DNA from: a virus
Lineage: Duplodnaviria > Caudoviricetes
Strand: one strand, 5' to 3'
Length of the DNA: 32,141 bases
Virus record (IMG/VR): IMGVR_UViG_3300042308_001312
Coordinates: 1-32,141 of that record
Made by a program: the position numbers and the translations under genes. The notes under the pieces are model-generated. The model saw only the letters and a program-made list of their open reading frames with translations. It ran no database searches and was not told the DNA's origin. Shown piece after piece: positions 9,157 to 17,369 of the stretch. Each line of letters begins with the position of its first letter. Position 1 is the stretch's first letter.

Positions 9157-10542
9157 ATGGCTTGGAAGAAGATCGACGACTACTGCGGCTCGGTCTACAC
9201 CGAGTTCCAACCCTACTCGGCCTTTGTCGCCCAGGGGTTGACGACCAACGCGAGCTCCTACCCGACCGAGCTGTTTCGCGGGTCGAGTCGCCCCTTCCGT
9301 CAAGGAACGACCGCTCCCAAGTTTGCCGCCTACGGCGAGTTTGCGGGGACGATCGTCTGGGTCAACTGTGGGGTCAACGCGACGGAGATCTCCTTCAAGA
9401 TCCTCTACGCCTCGGCGACGGAACACGAGGTCGACAACCGAATGGGCCGGTGGAATGTCTTCCACATCGCGAGCAACCAAGGCCGAACGGTAGACGCTCC
9501 GGCGGCGACTGCGGGGAACATCGTTACAATCAACTGGGAGGTCAACACGAACCCTCTCTCCGGCTACCAGGCGTTCTTCGTCGGGTTCCAGTCGCAAGTT
9601 CTCGATGACCTCGGCGAGGTAGAGGTGACCTACGTCAACGCGAACAACGTGGGCCTGTTACCCTACGGCGAGAGTGGGTACATCCTCACGACGGGCGAGA
9701 AGTGGGAGGTCCTCATTCTCGACCCCGACACCGCGGCATTACAGGAGGTTCGCTTCAACTCGACCGCGTGGCAAATCGGATGGATGGAATACTACGGCGA
9801 CGCAGGCGCGATCGCGGTCGTTTGGCCGGGGGACGTGGTTTATCCGGACATGGCGTCGAATAACCCCTCGAACAAGGTGTCGAACGGGAACATTTACGAG
9901 CTCGGAGCGGTCTCGCTCGTCTCCATCGGCTACGAGGTGACCGCGGCGCGGCCGACGAGCCTCGTTGCCCAGTTGAATCACTACGACGCGATCGCGTTGA
10001 CTGGGGTCAACTCCGCCCAGTCGACCGCAATCGTACAGACCTACCCCGAGATCTCGGGCGGGGTGTGCGAACCGTACCATCTTGGCCGGTTCCTCGACAC
10101 GGTCCCCGACGCGATCACCGCGACCTTTGCCGTCCAAGCGAGCATGACCGCCTCGGTCGAGTTCGTTATGTCCGCCGTCTACGTTGCGCGGGCGGGAACA
10201 GGGTCAACCAATGTGACCCTCTACCTCGACGTCCTAGACAAGGATGGGGTCTCCGTGTTGACCGCTCCGGTCTCCCAAGAGTTTAGGATGAGACAGTACA
10301 GTAGCCCGCCGAGGGCCTTCGGTGACACCTACTCGTTTCGCGCCCTCATGGGGATCCTTGCGGTCCCGAACCAGTGGGGTTTCCGCGACGCGGTTCCCGT
10401 CTCGGACATCGGCAAAGGCTCGACTATGTCGATCGCAACCCCTCCGATCGCCTTTGACTCGGTCGACGACGGGGGAGTCTACACCCTCAAAATCACCGGA
10501 GGCGGTCTCTACGTCTTCGGGTTCTCCGCGAGGTTGGTCTAG
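9157..10542 (+). CDS. Putative minor tail / receptor-binding protein
   Basis: 461 aa, beta-rich and aromatic-rich, tightly coupled within the tail operon. No family recognised. Confidence 0.45.
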   Translation: MAWKKIDDYCGSVYTEFQPYSAFVAQGLTTNASSYPTELFRGSSRPFRQGTTAPKFAAYGEFAGTIVWVNCGVNATEISFKILYASATEHEVDNRMGRWNVFHIASNQGRTVDAPAATAGNIVTINWEVNTNPLSGYQAFFVGFQSQVLDDLGEVEVTYVNANNVGLLPYGESGYILTTGEKWEVLILDPDTAALQEVRFNSTAWQIGWMEYYGDAGAIAVVWPGDVVYPDMASNNPSNKVSNGNIYELGAVSLVSIGYEVTAARPTSLVAQLNHYDAIALTGVNSAQSTAIVQTYPEISGGVCEPYHLGRFLDTVPDAITATFAVQASMTASVEFVMSAVYVARAGTGSTNVTLYLDVLDKDGVSVLTAPVSQEFRMRQYSSPPRAFGDTYSFRALMGILAVPNQWGFRDAVPVSDIGKGSTMSIATPPIAFDSVDDGGVYTLKITGGGLYVFGFSARLV

Positions 10543-11009
10543 TGTCATCCTTCATCATTCCCACCTCTGATCCTGGTTCCCCGCGTAGACAGACCTACCC
10601 AGACGTCGTCCGAGGGTCGACTGTCTCGGAGTTCATACTGCGCGATCGCTTTACCTACGCCTACTCGAGGCGCAACCTCGTGTCGTTTCCCAACTACTCG
10701 ACGACCGCTGCGGGTGCGGTCGACGTCTACGGTGCCGTCCTCTACCCGATGACGATCGGGACTGGGGGCGTCTGGATCGCGGCGTTCGGCGAGCGGGGGA
10801 CGCTCCGAGTACAGATCGGCGCGTCTGTCTACACGCACACCTTCGGCAACCCCGCCGACGCCTGGTTGTTGAACGTCCCTTCGGTTGTCACTCCGGGGAC
10901 GCCCGAGAACGTCTACGTCCGAGTAACGAAGACCGGAGGCGAACCCTACGTCAACCTCTACGGTCTCTCGATCTACGAGGAACGCCTAACCTCCGCCGAA
11001 CTCCCCTAG
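10542..11009 (+). CDS. Putative minor tail protein
   Basis: 155 aa, GTG overlaps the upstream TAG, beta-rich. Confidence 0.45.
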   Translation: MSSFIIPTSDPGSPRRQTYPDVVRGSTVSEFILRDRFTYAYSRRNLVSFPNYSTTAAGAVDVYGAVLYPMTIGTGGVWIAAFGERGTLRVQIGASVYTHTFGNPADAWLLNVPSVVTPGTPENVYVRVTKTGGEPYVNLYGLSIYEERLTSAELP

Positions 11010-11037
11010 TCCTTCCACCCTCCGCTTGGAGCTCCCC

Positions 11038-11412
11038 GTGTCGATCATCACCGCCCCTTCCGTCTTTCGCGCCCTCGTTGACTCCCAGATCGAGGCGACC
11101 CGCGACGGGTTCCTCATTCGAGACATCAACTCCCACCCCGTCGGAGTCGCGACTGCGTTCAGCGACGAGGGACAGCTCCTCGCGGTCCTCGAGACGATCT
11201 GCGGCATCCTCCGAGCTCGCGGCGCGACTGTCACCCCGAAGATGAAGGCGGCGATCTCGATGGAGCGGTTCCGTCCGACCGAGGGCCTCCGAGTCGACCC
11301 CCTCCCTCCGACCGCCGAGAAGGCCCCCGAGAAGGCCGCCGTCGAGGTTCCCGCACCTGCGGCCCTCAAGTCCGCAACCAAGGCCCCCAAGGGCCGCTCC
11401 AAGCGAGGCTAG
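11038..11412 (+). CDS. Hypothetical protein with Ala/Pro/Lys-rich C-terminal tail
   Basis: GTG 11038 is preceded by GGAG (alternative start TTG 11026). The stop is 1 nt from the endolysin ATG. Confidence 0.55.
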   Translation: MSIITAPSVFRALVDSQIEATRDGFLIRDINSHPVGVATAFSDEGQLLAVLETICGILRARGATVTPKMKAAISMERFRPTEGLRVDPLPPTAEKAPEKAAVEVPAPAALKSATKAPKGRSKRG

Positions 11413-11413
11413 G

Positions 11414-11992
11414 ATGACCGAGAAGACCCCCGCCGAGAAGTTGATCGAGGTCGCCAAGGCCGAGGACGCTAAACGGGTTCGCGAGGTCGGGGGAATGAAC
11501 CGAGGCCCCGACGTGGAGAAGTACCAAAAGACGGTCAACCTCTCGCCGGGGTCGCCATGGTGTGCGGCGTTCGTCGCCTACTGCGTCAAGGAGGCGAAGG
11601 GCCTCACCGTCGCGCCCCTGTGGTGTAGCGGGTCGGCGATTACCCAGTGGCATCGGGGAACGCGGAAGATGCTCCCCGAGGGCTACACGACGCCCGAGAA
11701 GGCCGACTACCAGTCCAAGGTGCGACCGGGGATGATCTGGGTCCGAGCGAAGGACGCCGCCGGCGCGAAGTCCGCTCGCAAGGGTACCTGGTTACAGGGT
11801 CACACTGGGATCGTCGTCGCCGTTGACGAGGACGGGTTCCACACCGTAGAGGGCAACACGAACGGGGCGGGCTCTCGCGAAGGCGACGGCGTCTACTCCA
11901 AACTCCACAAGTGGAGCTACGCGACGGACATCGTTCGGACGGTTGGATGGTTCGACCCCGAGTACGTCGGCCGACTTACCTCCAAGGTCTAG
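11414..11992 (+). CDS. CHAP-domain endolysin
   Basis: PWCAAFV (catalytic Cys), GHTGIV (His) and TVEGNT, preceded by an E-x-G-x-N-x-G motif. No cell-wall-binding domain is evident. Confidence 0.88.
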   Translation: MTEKTPAEKLIEVAKAEDAKRVREVGGMNRGPDVEKYQKTVNLSPGSPWCAAFVAYCVKEAKGLTVAPLWCSGSAITQWHRGTRKMLPEGYTTPEKADYQSKVRPGMIWVRAKDAAGAKSARKGTWLQGHTGIVVAVDEDGFHTVEGNTNGAGSREGDGVYSKLHKWSYATDIVRTVGWFDPEYVGRLTSKV

Positions 11993-12000
11993 GGGACTCC

Positions 12001-12252
12001 ATGGTCAAGTTCACCCACTCGAAAGGCAAGATCAACGGGGGCCTCGCCCTCGGCGCGGTTCTCGGAGCTGCAATCCCGATCGTCGCAATCGCGGCGACTG
12101 GGGGCCTCGCGGCCGTCCCCGTTGCGATGTGGATCGCCCTCGGCGGCGTCGTCTCCGGTCTCCTTGCCGGCAACGTCGAACCGAAGAACGCACTCGACCG
12201 CGCACTCGACCGCGACGCGGCGAAGACCTCGGTCGACACTCGTGGAGAATAG
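12001..12252 (+). CDS. Putative holin
   Basis: ATG 12001 with AGGGGA upstream. 83 aa with two hydrophobic Gly/Ala-rich segments and a charged C-terminus, directly after the endolysin. Confidence 0.6.
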   Translation: MVKFTHSKGKINGGLALGAVLGAAIPIVAIAATGGLAAVPVAMWIALGGVVSGLLAGNVEPKNALDRALDRDAAKTSVDTRGE

Positions 12253-12265
12253 GTCGACGGGTACG

Positions 12266-12550
12266 ATGGAGTCCATGGCCGCGAAGGCGGTCGTCGGCCT
12301 CCCGACCATGTGGCGGGTGATCACGGTGATCGGGTCGATCGCCTCGACCGTCGTCCTCGTCGTCGTCTCGTTTGCCTTCAACCTTGTTCGAGAGGAGTGG
12401 AAGGAGCTCCGCGCCGAGGTCAAGGAGATGAGACATCAGATCAACGACCTCCCCGACGGGCCGTCTCTCCGGCGACTCGCCGACGACGTCCAGGACATCG
12501 GGCGGCGGGTCGACCGAATCGAGACCCAGATCAACCGGTGGGACGAGTAG
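12266..12550 (+). CDS. Single-TM coiled-coil lysis-cassette protein (holin/i-spanin-like)
   Basis: TM segment VITVIGSIASTVVLVVVSFAF followed by a heptad-rich helix. Start at 12266 or 12275. Confidence 0.5.
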   Translation: MESMAAKAVVGLPTMWRVITVIGSIASTVVLVVVSFAFNLVREEWKELRAEVKEMRHQINDLPDGPSLRRLADDVQDIGRRVDRIETQINRWDE

Positions 12551-12553
12551 GGG

Positions 12554-13753
12554 CTACAACCCCTCGCGGTTCTTCCTCTCGGCCTCCCTGCGGGCCTTCT
12601 CGTAGATCCGTAGGAGCTGCGCCTCGAGTGTGCTCTCGGTGACCTCGGGAACCGGTTTGCCGTTGAGGCGGTAGTAGCGTTGCCGCTTCCGTTCGTTGTA
12701 GGCCGCGTGCTTCGCGGGGTCCGCTCGGATCCGTTGGTAGGAGGCGTTTACACCCTTCGCGGCACTTTCGACCCGAGCTGCGTTCCAGGTCGCGAGGTAG
12801 GTCGGGTCCTGCTCCATCTTCTCGATCAACTTGGCCTCGGCGGCAAGTCGAGCTGTTGTCAACCGCTCCTCGCTCGAGGTGACCCCATGTTTCCGATCGT
12901 GTAGGGTCGCTCGGTTCCTTTTGACTGCGAAGTACCTCTCGAAGATGGGGCCGAGGACTGGGTCGGCCTTCATCGCCTCGAGCTTGACTCGGTGGACCTC
13001 GAGCTTCGCTTGGACGGCGGCGGCGGCGATCGCTCTACGCTTCTTTGTTCGGACGTCCTGGTTGCGTTTGTCCTTGCGTTTTTTTTTAGCCTGTCGCGCC
13101 TCGAAGCGAGCAACGGCGGCCTCGGTCTTCGCTCGGTCCCGCAGCTCGGCGGGGGTAGGAGCGGGGGTAGGAGACTCGACGACTAGGTGGGGGTTGGGGA
13201 TCGCCTTCCCGGTGAACTTGGACCCCTTCTCGGCGGCGAGTCGGGCCTTCTCGGCCTTTGCGATGACTGCGTCGGCGGCGACTCTCTCGTTATGGCGGGC
13301 CTGCGCGGCTCGGATGACCTCTTTCCGCCGAGCAGGCTTGTTCGCCTCCTTGATCCGAAAGGCCTCCTCTCGTTCGGCCTCCAAGCGGGCGAGCTCCGCA
13401 GCTCGAGCTGTGACCCTCGCGAGGGCCTCGGCCTTCTTGTCGGGGTCGAGCTTCGACTTTCGAGGGACCGCAGGGCGTGTCGCAGGGCGAGGGGCGGGCT
13501 CCTCGGACCGCAGGGCTACCTCGACCGCCTCGGGGGCCTCCTCGACGACGCGGAGAGACCGGATCTGGTACCCTCGGGCGACCGAGTCGCGAGCTGCAAC
13601 CGGGGCGAACTCCTTCGGCAACTTGTCGGGGGGGAGAGGGAGGTCCCGAAACATCGGAGACAACCAGTACCCACGCTCGCGGACGATCGCCCGCATGACT
13701 CGGGCCTCGTCTCGGAGGGGGACTGCGACGCTCGTGTCGAAGGGCGAGGTCAT
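12554..13753 (-). CDS. Highly basic helical hypothetical protein (399 aa)
   Basis: ATG 13753 overlaps the upstream TGA (ATGA). Dominated by Ala/Arg/Lys/Glu. The ORF-track extension to 14098 overlaps another gene. Confidence 0.65.
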   Translation of the reverse strand: MTSPFDTSVAVPLRDEARVMRAIVRERGYWLSPMFRDLPLPPDKLPKEFAPVAARDSVARGYQIRSLRVVEEAPEAVEVALRSEEPAPRPATRPAVPRKSKLDPDKKAEALARVTARAAELARLEAEREEAFRIKEANKPARRKEVIRAAQARHNERVAADAVIAKAEKARLAAEKGSKFTGKAIPNPHLVVESPTPAPTPAELRDRAKTEAAVARFEARQAKKKRKDKRNQDVRTKKRRAIAAAAVQAKLEVHRVKLEAMKADPVLGPIFERYFAVKRNRATLHDRKHGVTSSEERLTTARLAAEAKLIEKMEQDPTYLATWNAARVESAAKGVNASYQRIRADPAKHAAYNERKRQRYYRLNGKPVPEVTESTLEAQLLRIYEKARREAERKNREGL

Positions 13754-14214
13754 GACTCCCCCGCGGTGCGGTAGTCGTTCCAGGACTTGCCGTCGGCGAG
13801 CGGGATCGACCGGCGGAAGTCGGCGGCGTCGATAATCCACCCCATGCGGGCGCGGTCGGTCGGATGGAGGTGGATCGAGGTGATTGAGGCCCCGTCGAGG
13901 GTCGCGAACTGGATCGCACTGGGAGCTCGGCGGGCGACGATCAACTTCATCCCCAACGAGCGGAAGGTGGTCGCGCAACGGTGGGCGTCCTTCAAGTCGA
14001 GGAAGTGGTCCGAGGTGGACTCGGCCTCGTCGGAGAAGGGGAACACGCGGAGGAAGGCCTTCAACTCGCCCTCTCGGACAAGGCAATACTCTCCCCATCC
14101 CTCGGAGGCGGGGTCGAGGTTGGGGTACCAGTCACACTTGAAGGACTGGGCGAGGGTGCGGGCCATGATCTCGGAGACGAACTGGCCTCGGGCCATTTGG
14201 TAGGACGGTTTCAT
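13750..14214 (-). CDS. Hypothetical protein, possible degenerate PD-(D/E)xK fold
   Basis: 154 aa with AAGG upstream. EYCLVREGELKAFLRV resembles the D-Y...R-x-G...AF-x-E-x-K core but lacks E-x-K. Confidence 0.5.
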   Translation of the reverse strand: MKPSYQMARGQFVSEIMARTLAQSFKCDWYPNLDPASEGWGEYCLVREGELKAFLRVFPFSDEAESTSDHFLDLKDAHRCATTFRSLGMKLIVARRAPSAIQFATLDGASITSIHLHPTDRARMGWIIDAADFRRSIPLADGKSWNDYRTAGES

Positions 14215-14241
14215 TGGGTAACCTTGGGGGGGGAGGGTGGA

Positions 14242-14814
14242 TCAAACGGGGGAACGGTCTTTTGTGCAAACGGCGGGGGCGGGTCGCTCGGAGTCCCAGT
14301 TGACGGGGCGAGGTTTGAGGTAGCGGACCTTCGGGCCGTTCTTCGGAGGTCGGCCCTTGGAGCGGTAGACTACGAAACAGGACCGGACGTTTCCGCCTGG
14401 GCGAGGTTCGCCGTCCACCTCGAAGGCGATACGACCCTCGACCAACCAGACCTCGTTCGCTCGTTCCCAGACGGCCGATCGCCAGTAGCCGGCGTCGAAG
14501 GAGGGCATGACTAGCGCGACGACCTCGCGGCCGTTGCGGGCCTCGGAGGCGCACCGGCGCAACCAAGCTCCTTGGTTGGAATAGGGAGGGTTGACCCAGA
14601 CCTTGGTCCCCTTCCAAGCGTCGCAGAGGCCGTCGCCGAGCTCCGGGGAGATGAAGGCCGCGGCCTTCGCCGTCGCGGGGACGCAGCAGGGGTCGAAGTC
14701 GAAGGCCCCCCAACGGAGGACCCACGCCGCCCAGTCGACGACCCACTGTGGGGTCGCCCAGGTGTCCGAGGTTGCTACGGTGACCGAGGAGGGGTTGCGA
14801 AGGTGGAAGGTCAT
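14242..14814 (-). CDS. Phage DNA N6-adenine methyltransferase (T1/HP1 Dam-type, PF05869-like)
   Basis: DTWATPQW, FDFDPCC, DGL..W, VWVNPPYS (motif IV) and GRIAF. Confidence 0.9.
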   Translation of the reverse strand: MTFHLRNPSSVTVATSDTWATPQWVVDWAAWVLRWGAFDFDPCCVPATAKAAAFISPELGDGLCDAWKGTKVWVNPPYSNQGAWLRRCASEARNGREVVALVMPSFDAGYWRSAVWERANEVWLVEGRIAFEVDGEPRPGGNVRSCFVVYRSKGRPPKNGPKVRYLKPRPVNWDSERPAPAVCTKDRSPV

Positions 14815-14945
14815 TCTCGATCTCCATTGTGGAACAACGCCCAGACGACCCAGACCGAGACGACGCAGACGTAGACGACTCCAAAAGCGTCGGCGGGGTC
14901 GACCTGCGGTAGGTAGCCGGTCAAGTAGGCCGCGTAGGAACTCAC
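14811..14945 (-). CDS. Small membrane protein (44 aa)
   Basis: GTGA overlap at the start and ATGA overlap at the end. TM segment AFGVVYVCVVSVWVVWALF. Confidence 0.55.
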   Translation of the reverse strand: MSSYAAYLTGYLPQVDPADAFGVVYVCVVSVWVVWALFHNGDRE

Positions 14946-15265
14946 AACCGCCTCGCGAGGAGGTAGATCACCCAAGCGAAAAAGGCGATCATGAGGCCGA
15001 GAAGGATGGGGTCGGCCTCGACCTTGGGTTGCGCCTTGCATAGCACGACCCCCCACGGTAACAGGGCGGCGGTTGCTCCCTTGGGGGGAGTCTCCGCTTC
15101 CCCTCGGTCGAGCGTTTGGTCACGGGAGACCGAGGGGGGCGTCCCCCTGTCTTCGTCCGCGAGGGTGAAGTAGGCTCGGAGGACCCGCAGGTCGAGGTCG
15201 TCGAGCTCCTTCGACACGAGACGAGCTGCGAGACGCAGGGCGACGTCTTGGTAGCGGCGCATCAT
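14942..15265 (-). CDS. Hypothetical protein with C-terminal TM anchor (107 aa)
   Basis: ATGA overlap with the resolvase stop. Ends ILLGLMIAFFAWVIYLLARRL. Confidence 0.55.
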   Translation of the reverse strand: MMRRYQDVALRLAARLVSKELDDLDLRVLRAYFTLADEDRGTPPSVSRDQTLDRGEAETPPKGATAALLPWGVVLCKAQPKVEADPILLGLMIAFFAWVIYLLARRL

Positions 15266-15759
15266 CGGGGAACCTCCGCGCAAAGGCCGACCGCCCAGTT
15301 CCCCTTCGTCCTCGCCCACTCGGCCAACCAGATCGCGTCCGCCTGGGCGAGCGTGAACTTGCGGCCGAACCGGTTCTCGGCGAGCTCGCGGAGGGTCCTC
15401 TTGTGATTGTCGGTGAAGGACCGTTTCGGGAGGACTAGGTCGCGTTGCCATGCGGAAGGGGTCACCGCTTGGAGGCGAACCGAACCGCCGAGGGACAGGA
15501 TCAACCCCGCCCACGCCTCCCCATACACTCTCCCAAAAGTGAACGTCGACGAGAGGCCCTGTCGAGGCATCGCGCCCACCCTCTCGATGACTGCCGAGTG
15601 GACGCCCTCGGGGAGGGCCGCGAAGTGGTCGCAGACGAGGAGGGCGATCCGGCCCTCGGTGTCGGCGTCCGAGAACTTCGTGATCGCGAGGACCTCGCCG
15701 TCTCGGGTGATCGAGGCGATCGCACCTTGTTTGCCGGGGTCGACTCCGGTGTAGATCAT
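15262..15759 (-). CDS. RuvC-like Holliday junction resolvase
   Basis: GVDPG..GAIA, VIERVGAMPRQG..STFTFG, VTP..W and ADAIWLA give the RuvC acidic catalytic pattern. Confidence 0.88.
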   Translation of the reverse strand: MIYTGVDPGKQGAIASITRDGEVLAITKFSDADTEGRIALLVCDHFAALPEGVHSAVIERVGAMPRQGLSSTFTFGRVYGEAWAGLILSLGGSVRLQAVTPSAWQRDLVLPKRSFTDNHKRTLRELAENRFGRKFTLAQADAIWLAEWARTKGNWAVGLCAEVPR

Positions 15760-16427
15760 GCTCCCCCCTTGTGGTTCTCGGCGGTCACTCTCTTGTGACC
15801 TTCGGGACTCAAAAGGCGGAGTTTACAGTGGAGGGCGTGGTAGGCCTTCCACGAGGCGAGCGTCTCAGCGTGGGCGAGCTCGCAAATGGGGTGCGGCGGC
15901 GGCACGAGCTCGAGCTCGTCCAGGACGACACACTCGAGGTCCAACCAACCCTCGACAAGGCTCGAGAAGGTGACCGGCGCGACGTGGTCTACATGGCAGT
16001 TGTGGCGCGACAGCGGGACCCCTGCGACTGGGCAAAGGAGGGGGAGTCCGAAGTGGAACGCTTGATCGCGGAACTCTAGGATCTGACCCTTGATCGCCCG
16101 TCGGAGGGCTTGGAGGCGGTCGACCCGCTTGACTGCGGGGAGGTCCTTCCCAAGGTTCTTGAAACTCACTGGGACCGAGGTCTGATCGACCCTCTCGACG
16201 ACGACCGACTTTGTGTTGGGAAACTCGGGGTGGTGTTTGACGGTGAAGCGGTAGACTCCGGGGCCAACCTTCAACTCGAACTCCGAGTGGTAGGGTAGCG
16301 CGGCCTCGATGACCTCGAGGGCCTCTCCCTCGATCGTCGTTCCGACCGACTGGGAGCGGGTGAGGTCAACCAGGTACTTTCGCGCCGCGGGCCAACCGGA
16401 GAAGGACTTGGGTCCGAGGGTGATCAC
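15756..16427 (-). CDS. DUF3223 (DCL-like) domain protein with C-terminal HNH-like region (223 aa)
   Basis: YH...KVGPGV..F.VKHHPEF....VVVERVD.T...VSF.N matches the DUF3223 pattern. Then CPVAG...CHVDH...W..YH. GTG 16427 has GGGAGG upstream. Confidence 0.65.
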   Translation of the reverse strand: MITLGPKSFSGWPAARKYLVDLTRSQSVGTTIEGEALEVIEAALPYHSEFELKVGPGVYRFTVKHHPEFPNTKSVVVERVDQTSVPVSFKNLGKDLPAVKRVDRLQALRRAIKGQILEFRDQAFHFGLPLLCPVAGVPLSRHNCHVDHVAPVTFSSLVEGWLDLECVVLDELELVPPPHPICELAHAETLASWKAYHALHCKLRLLSPEGHKRVTAENHKGGA

Positions 16428-16822
16428 GACGCCCTCCCGATCAGTCTCATCTCGGCGCGGTAGGACCACAACTCGAGGAGGCCGACCCACGCTCCGGCGG
16501 GGGAGTAGCGGGCGACCGCAACCCCCGACGGGAGGAACACTTTGTAGAGTCGAGAGTGGTCCTCGTAGACGCACTCGAGCTCGGGGAGCTCGTACAGGTA
16601 GCGGACGCGGTTCGCGACTGCCTCGATGGTCTCCTCGTTCGTCAAGTCGGGGACGGCGTCGGCGAGGGGCGCGGAGGCCCCGACGATCCCAGTGACGAAG
16701 GGAGCGGCCGAGTCGTGCGGGTCGGGGAGGTACCAGTGCATCCCGTCAACCCAAACCCAGTGCTTCAAGTGTCGGGCGCGGCGGGCGAGCATGGTCAAGT
16801 CAAAGGTGTGGTTAGTGGGCAT
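16424..16822 (-). CDS. Hypothetical protein (132 aa)
   Basis: ATG 16822 is preceded by GAGG. The stop overlaps the next GTG. Confidence 0.55.
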   Translation of the reverse strand: MPTNHTFDLTMLARRARHLKHWVWVDGMHWYLPDPHDSAAPFVTGIVGASAPLADAVPDLTNEETIEAVANRVRYLYELPELECVYEDHSRLYKVFLPSGVAVARYSPAGAWVGLLELWSYRAEMRLIGRAS

Positions 16823-17051
16823 CGTTCGACCTCGAGCGGGGGTGGAGAATGAAGGGGGGAGGGGGTGATCTGCGGGCAAGGGCGCGGGCGTCGTCGGCCG
16901 AGCGTTCCTTGACCCTCTTTCCCTCCTCGTAGAGGTAGAGGAACACGACGACGCAGATAGTCGGGAGACAGTGCCAGGTCGGGACCTTGTCGAAGGCGGC
17001 GAGGACGTACTGGGCGACGAGGAACAACTCGGGGAGGGTGGCCTTGTTCAT
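16812..17051 (-). CDS. Small putative membrane protein (79 aa)
   Basis: ATGA overlap, with AAGGGAG upstream. Two hydrophobic stretches. Confidence 0.5.
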   Translation of the reverse strand: MNKATLPELFLVAQYVLAAFDKVPTWHCLPTICVVVFLYLYEEGKRVKERSADDARALARRSPPPPFILHPRSRSNDAH

Positions 17052-17362
17052 TCGGTCTCTCCCTTCGTCATCTTCCGCGCCTTCCAAGCGGCGTCCGAAG
17101 CTGCGACCGCGTAGGCCGCGTCGGCCGGGGAGGGGCGACGGGCGAGCGTCTCGGCGTCTATGTCCTCTGACAGTGACCCGTCGGGGAGACAGAGGACGAA
17201 CTCGAACCAGTAGTGAGTCAACGGCGACTCCTCGGCGAGGCCGATTCGGAAGTTGAGGGCCGAACGGGAGATCCCCGTCTGGGCGGCGAGGTGGGAGAGA
17301 GACCCGTAGAGTAGGCGGGCTCGGGCCTTGATAACGCGGCGGGCGTGCGGGAACATGGTCAT
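17048..17362 (-). CDS. Putative HTH (Cro/XRE-like) DNA-binding protein (~104 aa)
   Basis: GSLSHLAAQTGISRSALN fits a helix-turn-helix. Start is 7 nt after the recT stop (alternative ATG 17356). Confidence 0.6.
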   Translation of the reverse strand: MTMFPHARRVIKARARLLYGSLSHLAAQTGISRSALNFRIGLAEESPLTHYWFEFVLCLPDGSLSEDIDAETLARRPSPADAAYAVAASDAAWKARKMTKGETE

Positions 17363-17369
17363 CTCGGCG

